Of a DNA stretch of 64,000 nucleotides, positions 12,561 through 24,299 are shown piece after piece. The DNA lies in assembly GCA_965153285.1 (NCBI GenBank), contig OZ229112.1; one strand, 5' to 3'. The DNA comes from Podarcis tiliguerta (lineage: Eukaryota). The notes under the pieces were generated by a model that worked only from the letters and a program-made list of their open reading frames with translations, had not been told where the DNA came from and searched no databases. Position numbers and translations under genes: made by a program. Numbering within the stretch: position 1 is the first letter of the stretch; the number at the start of each line of letters is the position of its first letter.

Positions 12561-14425
12561 TTATACCGGTATGTGGCTTGTTTTTATTCATAACATTCAA
12601 GAACCATGGCTTACAGCACAAAGGCAGAAGGATTCAAAGATGCCCTACCTTTCTGTTGGGCTGCCTTCCTTACTGCCCTGCCCTGAAGGCAGTTTGTAAC
12701 AATTAAATCCAATGGAAGAGCCTGACCCCTTGCCCTCAAGACAGCTAATTCTATCACTTGGCATGATTACATCAAAGGCAGGGTAGAGCCCTGGTCTTTT
12801 TTTGTTGGGGCAGTAAGCTCTAGTAAGTTCCTTCTCCTTACCTTTCGTAGGGCTGTTCTCAGTGATAAGATTTATTTCTAATCACTGAGAAAAGATGAAA
12901 ACCTACCCTAAATGTAATTCCCATATTTCTTTCCTGTCTACGTCTACCTGTTGCATCACTACAACGAAATAACTGAAGCATCTCAACAAATATGCTGCCT
13001 ATTTAGATTCTAAACACAATTATCCAAAAGCAAGTCTCTCTGAATTCAATAAATGTTGCTTTCTTGTAACTGTGTTTAAGATCAATTTTAGAATCAATCC
13101 TATTCACATTTACCTGGGAGTAAGTCTTATGGAACTCAATGGGACTTATGCATACGACTCTTATCTCTGCACAAGTATCCTATAGATGCTGCTTTATGTT
13201 TAGACATGGAGGGGAAATAATGTATTCTTTTGATACTAAAATTTGTGGCAGAAAGATCCATACTATCTTATTATACCCTACGCCAGTGTAGCAGATAGCC
13301 TTATCTAAGGGCCAGTATTTCTTGTTAACCCTGTTTGTTTTTTAAAAAGCAAAGTATTACATTGATTTTTATTCAACACTGATAGCTTTGTAGCTGGAGG
13401 CAAAGGTAATGTGTTAGTGTTTGCTATTTATATGTAAAGATCTGCATAAACACTTCAGAGGCATGAAGTGTTATGTGTTTATTCATGATACATTATTTGT
13501 TGAATGAATCTATGGATAGCTTTGAGGCTCTATGAACAAGCTAATAAAAATTGTTAAGAGCTGGTCTTCTAAGAGTTGGATAGGAAAGTATAGCTGTCAC
13601 AATTATTACTTAGTGCATCTATCTAGGATTGTACCTAGTGCCTCTCATGCACTTCCATGCTGCTTTTGTAACTGATGTGTTTGGGGAGGGGGTGAAAGAT
13701 AGGGTAATGGTACATTCCTAGTCCCATACAGTTAACACTCTTGATAGCTGTGGGAATGTATTAATATATTTTGCAACAAACATAAAACTGCTGCAAACTG
13801 ATGACCTGGAAAGAGCCTTCAACTTTCACTAAAACCAGTGGGAAATGGCGTAGACATGGCAGAAGGAATCTTATTACAATCTGTAGCTTTGAACTGAGGT
13901 CTACTAGCATAATGTGTCTAATTCTACTATTGTAGAATTATTGTATTCTATTATTCTATAATTCTATTATTGTAGAATAATGGTAATAACAAAATTAATT
14001 GTAATGCAATTTCATAATGTTTATACCTTTGATAAGGCTTTACCAAGCTGTCCTTGATTCAGAAATGGGAGCAATTTCCATCAGGTAGCTGGGGAAGTTT
14101 CAAGAGAGATTAAACTAAATATTGGGCTTCATTGTCCAAGACCACTGCAGCAAGACATGATTGCACCATTAGAGTATCAGAATAGAATGTACTCCCATAC
14201 TTGCAGCTTAAATCTGCTTCTCCTCCTGAATACATGCAAACTTACAATTAAAGATAATAGCCCAAGGCTTGTTTACAGGAAAACCCTCTGCAGTGCAGGG
14301 GATTGGACTAGATGACCCTCATAGTCCCAACTCTACAAATCCACGCTTTCATGTGTGGAGGTGTAGGAGGCCAACAAAGTAGAGTCATTACTGTTACGAG
14401 CGTGCTTTTTAGGGATGAATATATT

Positions 14426-14776
14426 GGGACGTGGGTGGTGTTGTGGGTTAAACCACAGAGCCTAGGACTTGCTGATCAGAAGGTCGGCGGTTCGAATCCC
14501 CGCAACGGGGTGAGCTCCCGTTGCTCGGTCCCGGCTCCTGTCAACCTAGCAGTTCAAAAGCACGTCAAAGTGCAAGTAGATAAATAGGTACCGCTCCGGC
14601 GGGAAGGTAAACGGTGTTTCGGTGCGCTGCTCTGGTTCGCCAGAAGCAGCTTAGTCATGCTGGCCACATGACCTGGAAGCTGTACGCCGGCTCCCTCGGC
14701 CAATAAAGCGAGATGAGCGCCGCAACCCCCGAGTCGGCCACAACTGGACCTAATGGTCAGGGGTCCCTTTACCCTT
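14426..14776 (+). mobile_element. Sauria (Squam1) SINE
   Basis: tRNA-like head with B box GGTTCGAATCC 14489-14499; characteristic body; CCTTTACC tail; TATATTGG duplicated at the ends. Confidence 0.9.
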
Positions 14777-15179
14777 ATATTGGAGCAAGCTCTGGCTTTA
14801 ATTCCAAATTTACTTAGACTTAAAGCTACAGCCTAATTCTGTGAAACGGTTTAGCTTTAGGATTTGTTTACAGCAGCAGGGTTTAAAACTAGTAGGCTTT
14901 ATAAAATACCTGAGAAGCTGAACAATGAAATCTGCCTCCTTCCTTAAACCAAGCCAATCCACTCCAGCCCGCCCCCGGTCCCCCCAAAAAACCAGGTATC
15001 ATAGAAGGAAATACTGTACTCCCAGGTCAGTTTCTGGTCCCTGTTTCTTGCCTGTGTTATAAGAACCCAATTAATTTAGGAAATTGCTGCCAAGTTAATC
15101 ATACTCAGGATTGTGAAAGCTCGAGTTTTAAGAAGGAGGCTTAATTACATACCAGTTTCCTGTACCTGTTATATTAAAA

Positions 15180-16800
15180 ACCGCAGGCCGGGGGAGATGG
15201 AACATGTCTAAGAGGCGGTACAGTGTTACGTGTCTCCTCCTCCTCCTCCTCAGTTATCCTAATACTATAGTGGCAAGAGGTCTGGAGAGGCGGAGAGCCC
15301 GCCAGGCCCGAATGGTGTCTCCTGAACGCGCAGGAGCCCGGGGCTGGGCGCCAGACTCTGACCAATAGAATGGCCCGGGGAAGGAGAGCGCGAGCTCTTT
15401 CGAAATCGTGGGCAGGCGCCACAGCCTCTCCCGCGCTCCAACGCGTCTCCCTCCAAAGCTCGAGAGAGGCAGCGCGCGCGCGGGAGGGGCGGGGGATGGG
15501 CACGCCTTTCCCCCGCCCCGCCGCCTCAAGGCCCCGAGTAGCACAGGCTCGCGCCCTCAGCCTTTAAAACCTCTTGGTAGTCGAGAGAGAGAGAGAGAGG
15601 GAAAACCACCCCCAACGGCAGCTCCGCCTCTCGCGAGCAGGCATTGGCCTCCGCCTCTCCCTTTCCCCGTATTGGCCGCCGAGCTTCAGCGGCGGCTCCC
15701 CATTGGCTCCTCTAGTTTTGGATACCAGATTCAAAGTTTTTAAAAGTACCCGGCAAAGAAATTCCGCCCAGAGCAGGCAAGCGGGCTAGTGGCGGCTGGG
15801 GGAGCAGCGCCGAGGAAGAGCCCCGTTAGGGAAAAGGACGGAGGAAGAAGGAAAGGGAAGGAAAACGTAGGAAGGAAAACGTAGAAGTGCATCGACTCCT
15901 CCGTTCCAGGTACAGGGGAGGGAAGCAGGGATGAAAGAGGCGCCTGCAAGGCTGCAATGCCCTCTTTGGGGTGGGGGCGATGTGGGGGGCCCAAATCCCC
16001 CCAAGAACGCCTGATAGGAATGGATGGGAAGGGATTAGGATCCAGCTTGGTATGGATGGGCTGAAAAAGTCCATATTTCCCCCTCTTCTCCCCAATAAAA
16101 GGGAACTGACGCTGTAAAGGAGTCCCGCCGGCGGGAGAAGCCCTGCGTCGCTCTCCCGCGTAGTGGACGGGGAGCTCCTTTAAAGTGCGGGAAATGATCC
16201 CCTTTACCCCCTTGGCTCTTCTCCGTTTACTGAACTCGTTTATTATCCCGCGATCTGCTCAGGAGATGGGCTTCTCCCCACCCCGGCCAACCACCTCCCC
16301 CCACCCCAATTGTGCCTTACAGCGCACGTGGGATATGGATTGGGGAGCCCGTGAAAAAACACCGAATGGTCTCTTCCACCCACCCGAGATCCTTTTCTCC
16401 ACCTCGCCCCGCAACCTCTTATTCTTCCTGCCCTGGGGGCCTGGCGGGCACCATTTCTGCAGGGCGCGGGCGCCTTTGCGCCTCCCTAGCTTCTGTAATC
16501 TGGAGCCCGCCAGGGTGGGAGCAGCCATTAAGCGCGTGCTCGAGCCTTGAATTGGAGAGGGGGGGGGTAGGAGGTTCGACTTAATATCTGCCCCCCTCCC
16601 CCGAGAAAGACATACATTTATTAAGGGGGAAACCAGGCAGGGCGGGCCTCCCATGTCCATTCTCCCATCTCCCGCGCTCCTTGAGAAGGCGCCTCCCAAC
16701 CCCTCAGAGATGGCAGCGGGCTGAGGAGAAATAACAGCGATTTTGGACTGCTCTAACCAACGAATGGGGGGGGGGTTGGGGGGTGAGGCCCGATAGACAG
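15180..16800 (+). promoter_or_regulatory. CpG island / FBXO5 promoter, probable non-coding exon 1 and start of intron 1
   Basis: CpG-rich. Inverted CCAAT boxes at 15643, 15671, 15702; CHR (TTCAAA = reverse TTTGAA) 15730-15735; E2F-type GCGGGAAA 16187-16194; candidate donor CAG|GTACAG at 15910. Confidence 0.8.
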
Positions 16801-17672
16801 AAACTGCCACTCACCTTGATATGGGGAGGGGGGCTTTTTCTCGTTCCTTTGGGGACGGCAGTGTGAGGCAATCTTCCCTCACATCTGAATATATTTTGCC
16901 CCACAGCATATATACTGCCTTTTAGGATGTAATGCCCACAACAGCATCTAGATTTCCCCACCCCCTTCACATTATAAACTGTACCTCAATGTTGAAGGGT
17001 GCTTGAGAAAAGGACTGGCGGTGTGCTTAATGCACCATAGGTGTATTTTTTTTAGCCACCACTAGGTTCCAGGACTGCCTCGCCTTGGAGAAAGGCTATT
17101 TCTCCTGACCTTTCTCTAGCAGCATTCTGAATGAAGGGGAACCCCCTAATAATCCTTGAGAAAGTAGAACCATTATTTCCCCAGGACCCAGCTGGAAATG
17201 TGACTGATAATGCTTTAACTGTACAACAGGGAATTGGACAAACATGCCAATTCAGGACCATCTATCCTGATCTGCCATTTTGTAGCCCTCCTTTTATAGC
17301 TTTCCAAGTTGCTCCATACCCGGCATACAATATGTCTATGCAGAGTAAATAATTTTTAGTTTGGCAGTTTATCCTCATCTTCGCTGGAGGTAAAATGCCT
17401 TGTAAAATGTGTTTTGTAAGTTATTTTGTTCATTTGTATTAAAGCGAGCTGTCTGTAAACAGTAAGAAATAATCACATGTATAAAAAGCCCTATATTTCT
17501 GCAGCGTAATTTTATATTAACATGAAAGTGTTGAATTAAATGTTTTAAAACAAATGAACAGCCCTTCAACAATGCTTCCAGATTGTCTTCTGAAACAATT
17601 TTAACGCTAATGTCTTTTTATTTTTGTTTTAGATACAAATCTGACAATATTTAAAAACAAACCACTTTGAAA

Positions 17673-18328
17673 ATGAAACGTGATGTTAATTGTTACTATG
17701 TTCACTGTGGATATTCACCATTAAAACCAGGTGGAACAGAGAAAAGATCAGAAGAGCTCTGTATTGCTAATTATGATAAAGACTTTTGTAAAGACTGCAA
17801 TAAAGACTATCAGAAGGTTTTCTACAGTGACCTGCACCATGGAAGTCCCAAGAGTGTCAGCATCCAAAGTGGCGAGGAACCTGTACATAACAACAAAGAA
17901 AACCAAGAAATATTGTGGAGGCATGTTCAGAGTGTCAGTGAAATGGACAATGGAAATGAGGACAGTGGGTATTCCTCTTTGTTGGGCAATCAGCACGAAT
18001 CTACCGTCCACGATGATAGCATGCCTTTGGCAGGAAACATCAATAATACACCAAATCACCATCTTAATCAAAGAAAGAATTTGCTTCCAGTCCTCCATTT
18101 TGAAGAACTTGTCTGCTCAACTTTAAAAAAAACTAGTAGAAGAAATCCAAAGACATGGGCTCTTGTCTTAGATAAGATTGTTTCTAAGCAAAACATGGAA
18201 TTTAGGAATCTAATTGGCAAAAAAATGGGACTAGATAAATTAGACATTCTTGGTGAGCTGTTCCATGGAAAGTTCAGTCATCTGCTAGCAAGTATCTTAA
18301 AGCATCTCAGCTATATGGACTTGATAAA
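17673..18328 (+). CDS. FBXO5: FBXO5 / Emi1 first coding exon
   Basis: Acceptor TTTTAG| (exon starts 17633); ATG 17673 MKRDVNC...; beta-TrCP degron DSGYSS 17961-17978; NLLPVLHFEELVCSTLKK; NLIGKKMGLDKLDILGELF...; donor AA|GTGAGT, phase 2. Confidence 0.95.
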
Positions 18329-19055
18329 GTGAGTTCATTTAATATGGTGTTTGTACATTAAGCTGAATTATAAGGTCAAGCTCAAGAGACCATTTTTACT
18401 GTGTGGTGCACTAATTTTCCTCATGGACGAATATTGCATGATGACATAACTTATGTGTCAGCTAGCATACCCATGTGAAGTATTGTGCGAATATTCTCTT
18501 TTACTGTCTGTTCCCAGTGCTCTGGCAATAAATATTAATAACTCAGAATGACCTTCGTTGGGTGACGTCCAATCAGTAGAAGAGACCTGTTGGTCACGCA
18601 ACAGGGTTCCTCTTTTTATTCCCCTTTGCAGTTGCACCACACTCCAAAATATACTCTGGAGGATTGGAAGACCTTCTGAGCACATGAGGCGAGGAAGGGG
18701 AAGTCTGTTCACATGACAATTTTATATTTGTAGATGTTAGAACCCTTTATCATTTTTCATTTCTGCTTTCCTTTATTTCATTTCAAACTATTCAGAATAG
18801 AATAGGAAGCTGTCCAACTCCTATGCTGTGCTAAGCTTAGAGTAGACACTTCTGAAACGTGCACGTCCTTTCTAAAAGTGCATAGAAGGGAGATGAATGT
18901 ACATCTCTGCACTGAGGTTGCCTATAGTTTTATAATAATGGAAAGGTTTATAAATGGTGCCTTGGAGGTATCTATAGGTAGAATTGTTTACTTGGTTAAG
19001 CAACGGGATTTGATCTTATTTTCTGAATATAACTGATGGGTTTTTTTCACAACAG

Positions 19056-19146
19056 TGTGGCTAAAGTGAGCACTACATGGAAAAAAATTCTACAAGATGA
19101 CAAGTGGGCTTTCCAGATGTATAACAAAGCACTGAAATTGACTTTG
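19056..19146 (+). CDS. FBXO5: FBXO5 coding exon 2 (end of F-box)
   Basis: AACAG| (N)VAKVSTTWKKILQDDKWAFQMYNKALKLTL |GTAAGA. Confidence 0.95.
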
Positions 19147-20362
19147 GTAAGATTCTCTACTTTCCCCCATTCTAAGTCCTGTTTTTATTATTGAAGCACC
19201 TACACATCTAGGAACTGGGGCAGGGGGTTCCATCATTTCTGTTGCAAGCCTCTGATTGCTAACACAAGCTAAAAAGCAGAGGTGGAGAACCTCAGGCTCT
19301 GTCTGGCCCAGGGTACACACCTCACAGGCTCTCCTGTACACTCCCAAGTGTTCTTGCATGCATGGCTGAAATGCCTCCATGAATTCTGATGATGCCTCTT
19401 CCTTCTATGAGGGTAGAGAGATACATGCATAGGAACTAGTCTACTGTACAAAGGCACAATTTGGATGTGTTGCTCCACCCAGTTTTGCCTCTGGCCCCAC
19501 CCACCACTGACATGTTGGCCATTGGGCTGAAAAGGTATATGCACCCCTCCTATAAAGGTAACTTGCTCGTTTTCTCAGGCCCGCAAGTTCTGGCTGGATT
19601 TGTTAGCCTGCTTTTATTTGTGACAGATAACTTGGTAGGGCCTGATTAATATATGTGGCAAGGCTCAAGAGTAAGGGCTGGGCCTTGTTCAGCTTTGCAT
19701 GCAGCTGTTTTGCACCTCTAATTGTGCAAGCAGCAAAGCATGCCAGGAGTCTATATGCTAGATTGCCAGTGGCAATGCCTGTGCAATCAAATCTTGTTTT
19801 AATCATCTGAGATATTCCGAAACTTCATATAACCAGACACAGCGCTTTGCAAACATACAATCTAGGAAGCAACAATTAACTAATTTCCCATTATGTCCAA
19901 ACCAGGAGACAGCAGATAATGGCTTCTAAACAAGTCAGAATATGAAAAGGTGGCTTAAAAAGCTGGTTTTCAGAACCTGGTTTGTTTGGGCGATATTAAC
20001 CATAGTTTCCAGTTCGGTTGGAATAAAAATGTATGACTAATAGAGGCTTCCTGTCATGCATGCATGCTTACATAAAGGTGCTGTACGTGAATGCATGCAC
20101 ATTGGGCAAAAAGATTCCTGCGTTGCAGGGGGTTGGACTAGATGGTCCCTGTGGTCCCTTCCAACGCTATACTTCTATGAACCTCAGACATATCTCAGCT
20201 TACTAAGCCAACATCGGATTGTGAATGTGGCCAGTGGCTGTTGCTACTGGCAGTCCATCAAATGGATTTTTTTTTGAAGCCCTGGTTCCAGTCTTGCAAA
20301 TAAATTTGGGGAAGATACTGGCCTACACATACATTTAGTAGCCTGCCAGCCAATCCATATTT

Positions 20363-20517
20363 CATAGAATCATAGAACTGTAGAGTTGGAAGGGACCCTG
20401 AGGATCATCTAGTCCAACCCCCTGCAATGCAGGAATATGCAGCTGGTCCATACAGGGATTGAACCTGCAACCTTGGTGTTATCAGTACCATGGTCTAACC
20501 AACTGAGCTATCCAGGC
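20363..20517 (-). mobile_element. tRNA(Ile)-derived SINE with CR1-type 3' end, in FBXO5 intron
   Basis: Minus strand reads TAGCTCAGTTGGTTAGA...GGTTCAATCCC head (20444-20517), then GGGGGTTGGACTAGATGA...(ATTCTATG)n tail. Confidence 0.8.
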
Positions 20518-20979
20518 TATTTGTATTGCTCTCTTTGGAAGTTCCAAAAGCAAAAAACACTAATTTTTAATCTAATTAGATTTTTAATATAATTTTTAAT
20601 ACCTCAGTTTTTAATAAGGTCCCCAAAGACACATTTGGAGGCTATTGGGCCATATGCCACCTGGAGGGCTGATACAAGCTGTGAGTTAAAATGCCGTGTT
20701 CTACACCAGAGGTCTTTTATTAATGAAAATTCCTGAGAATTTGGCAAAGGTGCTGAGCCATCTATTGGTCAGATAGTAGATTGTCTTTTGTAGGAATACT
20801 GCCAGAAACTAGAAGGAAGAAGTCTCCGAAGTATCAGATAAATTTCCTTATTCTGCTTTTGTTTCTTTACTCCCTGAATACAAAAGCAGGTTCCGATGTG
20901 TGTGTATACTAACAGATAATTAGCACTTTACTTTCTTTTTCAATCCGCAGTCTTGTAATAAACATTATTTTCTTGGCAG

Positions 20980-21153
20980 AATAACAGCGTGAAGGCCTCC
21001 AGACAGGGTGATACAAGGGAATATGCTCTTTGTCGAGAACCATTAACTCACGTTCAGAAAGTATCAGCTGCACAAAACTCCAAAAAAGCATCCAGAATCA
21101 AGGTGGACAACCAGAGCTCTTCCTCCTACAGCCGGTACACACAGTTTTCCGAG
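20980..21153 (+). CDS. FBXO5: FBXO5 coding exon 3 (D-box and linker)
   Basis: GGCAG| NNSVKASRQGDTREYALCREPLTHVQK...SYSRYTQFSE |GTAAAG; RxxL D-box is REPL; 174 nt, in frame. Confidence 0.9.
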
Positions 21154-21480
21154 GTAAAGTGCTTTTAATTCTGAGTGGCTTCTGGTGATGCCACATTGTT
21201 AGTAATAATTTCAAGTGCAATGGCCCCATATCATGTGCCAGTTATTCTTATACAGTACAAACCTTGTGAAGCCAGATTAAGCGAGCAACATATTGAACTG
21301 TTTAACAGGCTGTATCTTTTGACAATAGAATTTGAAGTAGAGGAAGCCTTAAATTCTTTTTAGAAGGGCAAGCAAGCTGTAAAAACATGGTGTGTCTATT
21401 TAAATGAGCTTCATTTTGATTCAGGGAGATGTTTACAAAAGCAAAATCCATTTAAATTTTTTTTTTATTTTGCTCAACAG

Positions 21481-21732
21481 GTTGCCATGACTTTGAAAAA
21501 CACTGAAAGCTTGAAAGTCTGCAGTTACTGTGGTTCACCTGCTAAGTATGATTCCCATCTGCAGAGGGCAACATGTATCCGTGAAGGCTGTGGTTTTGAC
21601 TTTTGCACAAAGTGCTTATGCAGCTACCATAGTGCCAAGGACTGCTCAAGTGGAAAGTCTTTGAAGCCCTCCTTCAAATCAGGACCCCTTCCTGGTACCA
21701 AAAAAAGCAAACAAAATTTACGCAGGCTTTAA
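21481..21732 (+). CDS. FBXO5: FBXO5 last coding exon (zinc-binding region and RL tail)
   Basis: AACAG| VAMTLKNTESLKVCSYCGSPAKYD...CIREGCGFDFCTKCLCSYH...C...PLPGTKKSKQNLRRL, TAA; joined CDS is 1173 nt = 390 aa + stop. Confidence 0.97.
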   Translation, partial: VAMTLKNTESLKVCSYCGSPAKYDSHLQRATCIREGCGFDFCTKCLCSYHSAKDCSSGKSLKPSFKSGPLPGTKKSKQNLRRL

Positions 21733-22440
21733 TGGGACCTGATTTGGAAGTCCAAAAGAGTGAATATGAAAGAAAGAACTGACTTGTTTAAAACCATTTT
21801 TTAAAAAGAATGAAAACATAAATGTATTTTGGAACTTTTCCAGTGGGTTAGATGCTTTTAAATTTTTTAAAAATGAATTTGCTATTCCAAATGTCCTACC
21901 TGCTGTTTTAAAAAGGGTATTCGCCAAAAAAATTTAAATTCAATTTGTTTTAAGGGGATGGAGAGGGTAGCAAGCTAGCATCTGGACAGAAAGTGGAATT
22001 AGGTTTTGAAAGTTCAGTAGAATAAATTTGTTTTAAGGAATGAGCTTTTGTTTTAATGTATTCAGACTTCATGCCTTACAAAAGCTTTTAGAACTTTACT
22101 GTTGAATGACAATGGATATGAAATGCATTTTTTGCTAAATACGCAATAATACCCTTGTATTTGCGGTTTGAAATATTTATTGACCAAGTTTTGTCTAATT
22201 ATTTTCAAAGCATTGGATGTGACTGGGATTAATAACCACTCTGGTCTTCATAACTGCTGAAACAATACTGTTTTATCATGCCCCCATTTCATTCCGGGGC
22301 AAATATCCTGATGGCCAGTTATCCCTTTACTTTACTTTTCTTCAAATCCAAGATGCTTCTCCTGCCTATATACTTGTAAATACTTAAATATTTGTCTGTC
22401 TCTATGCTGAAAAATAAATTTAACTTTATAAATAATACCA
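21733..22440 (+). other. FBXO5: FBXO5 3' UTR with two candidate poly(A) signals
   Basis: U-rich; AATAAA at 22021-22026 and 22413-22418. Confidence 0.6.
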
Positions 22441-23751
22441 GCACTATGTTTGTTACAGCACACAAATAACTAGAGACAGGTACATTCCTGCATGGACAGA
22501 ACTCCATACAATGGGGGCAGCAGTCACACACACCATGCCAAGCTAGCCATGTGCACATCACAGCGCAGGCCCAATGAAGAGTCACTAGGGACAAATAGGC
22601 TTGGAGGGTCACATTTGGCCTCTGGCCTTGAGGTTCCCAACTCCTGGTCTAGATTTTTAGACAGGAAAATTGCCCTGAGCAATAGGAACAAGAACTGTGT
22701 GTGTTTTTTAATCCTCTCTCATAACAAAGAGTTCCATGACAGATATTGCACACATGCAGCTGGAAAGAACATTTCTTCGCCATGCTTAGAAATCAAGAAC
22801 TTATCAGAGAGTGGGAGCATTTTAAGCTCTGTCTGGTATGTATGAGAGCTTATTTTACTGCAGGGATTCCTGTGGTACTTGTTATGCACAGTGGTGTGGC
22901 GCTTAGCCCATTTGAATTCTTGCTCATATACTTGATGTATCCCCTTGATTCCAGCTATATTGTGACGCTACTACCAACTTTTTGCACCTAACAGTGAAAT
23001 GTTGCTCCCTCCAAATATTTTCTCTTCCAGTTTTTTAGAAGTTCTGTGGCATTGATTGTGTATTATATTGCACATAGCCTTAGCTTTGCCTTATGCCGTT
23101 TTAGGTACTTATTAGTAATTATGCCACAATCGAGCTTTAAAATGTAGGTTGCTCGAAAAATTGCATGGGGCTGGTATCTTTTCTAGGGTCCTTCAACTGG
23201 CCTAAGTTACACCATTTTCTTTTTTTACAGTGACTGCTTAGTTATTGCATAGCTTAAAGGAGACCACACGATGGGGCTGTTGCAGCATTACACAAATGTA
23301 CTAGGAAAACATGTTTTTGGATGGGAGAAGAAAAACATTACAGTGCATTTTGATTCATTTTATGAGTTGTTATAAGGCATGATCCACAACTTTTTTCTTG
23401 ATCCCACCACACCACCCTGGAGAACCACAGACATCCACCTGAATCCATTAAAAAAACCAACAATGTTTAGACTATAATTTTACAGAAAGCCCACAAAACA
23501 AGTTCAGAGTGAAAGGGTTCCAGGGAATGAAAGAGATGGGATCAGGAAGGAGAAAGGAGCCACAATGATCTGATGTGGTTCTTCTGCATGTCTTTATTTT
23601 TTTATGGCTGCTTACATTATTTGGTGTCAGGAAGGCATCTCTTATGAATCTTAATCACTTCATGATGGAAAGGTAAGTGCAAGATTTCTCTAGTGGACGG
23701 AAGAGGTCACCTTATTTTTAAAAATGAGGTCCTACTTTTTACCACCTGGGT

Positions 23752-23980
23752 ATCATAGAATCAGAGTTGGAAGAGACCACAAGGGCCATCGAGTCCAACC
23801 CCCTGCCAAGCAAGAAACACCATCAGAGCACTCCTGACATATGGTTGTCAAGCCTCTGCTTAAAGACCTCCAAAGAAGGAGACTCCACCACACTCCTTGG
23901 CAGCAAATTCCGCTGTCGAACAGCTCTTACTGTCAGGAAGTTCTTCCTAATGTTTAGGTGGAATCTTCTTTCTTGTAGAT
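23752..23980 (-). mobile_element. CR1 LINE 3' fragment
   Basis: CATAGAATC tail, AGTCCAACCCCCT, and CAGGAAGTTCTTCCTAATGTTTAGG (antisense of the CR1 ORF2 end). Confidence 0.85.
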
Positions 23981-24299
23981 AGAATGTGGCCTACTATAAT
24001 AAAAAAAATGCAATATAAAATAATATATAAATTAAATTTCAAGAAGTTAAAATCTCAGGAATTGGAGCAAAGGACTTCCAAAAATCAAGGGGAATCCCAT
24101 ACAGAAACCCTGAAATAGTAAGCCATAGGAGCATGATAGTGCTATAATTGTTCACCGTGATGTGTTATAAATTTTGCCTACAGTTTTCAAGTAAACTGTC
24201 TTCAAGTCATACTGCATTACAGTTTTGGTGTACCAAGCAGGGATACAGAAAGTTGGAAAGTAGGTGCAGGGTGAAGAGAGATCTGTGGGTGCCCTTATC

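Noticed and set aside
15174-16970. Many ORFs up to 183 aa in the FBXO5 CpG island
   Set aside because: No recognisable homology and GC bias explains them; the in-frame stop at 17652 prevents fusion to the Emi1 frame
20444-20517. Apparent tRNA-Ile(GAT) gene on the minus strand
   Set aside because: Stems are degraded and it runs directly into a CR1-type tail, so it is a SINE head
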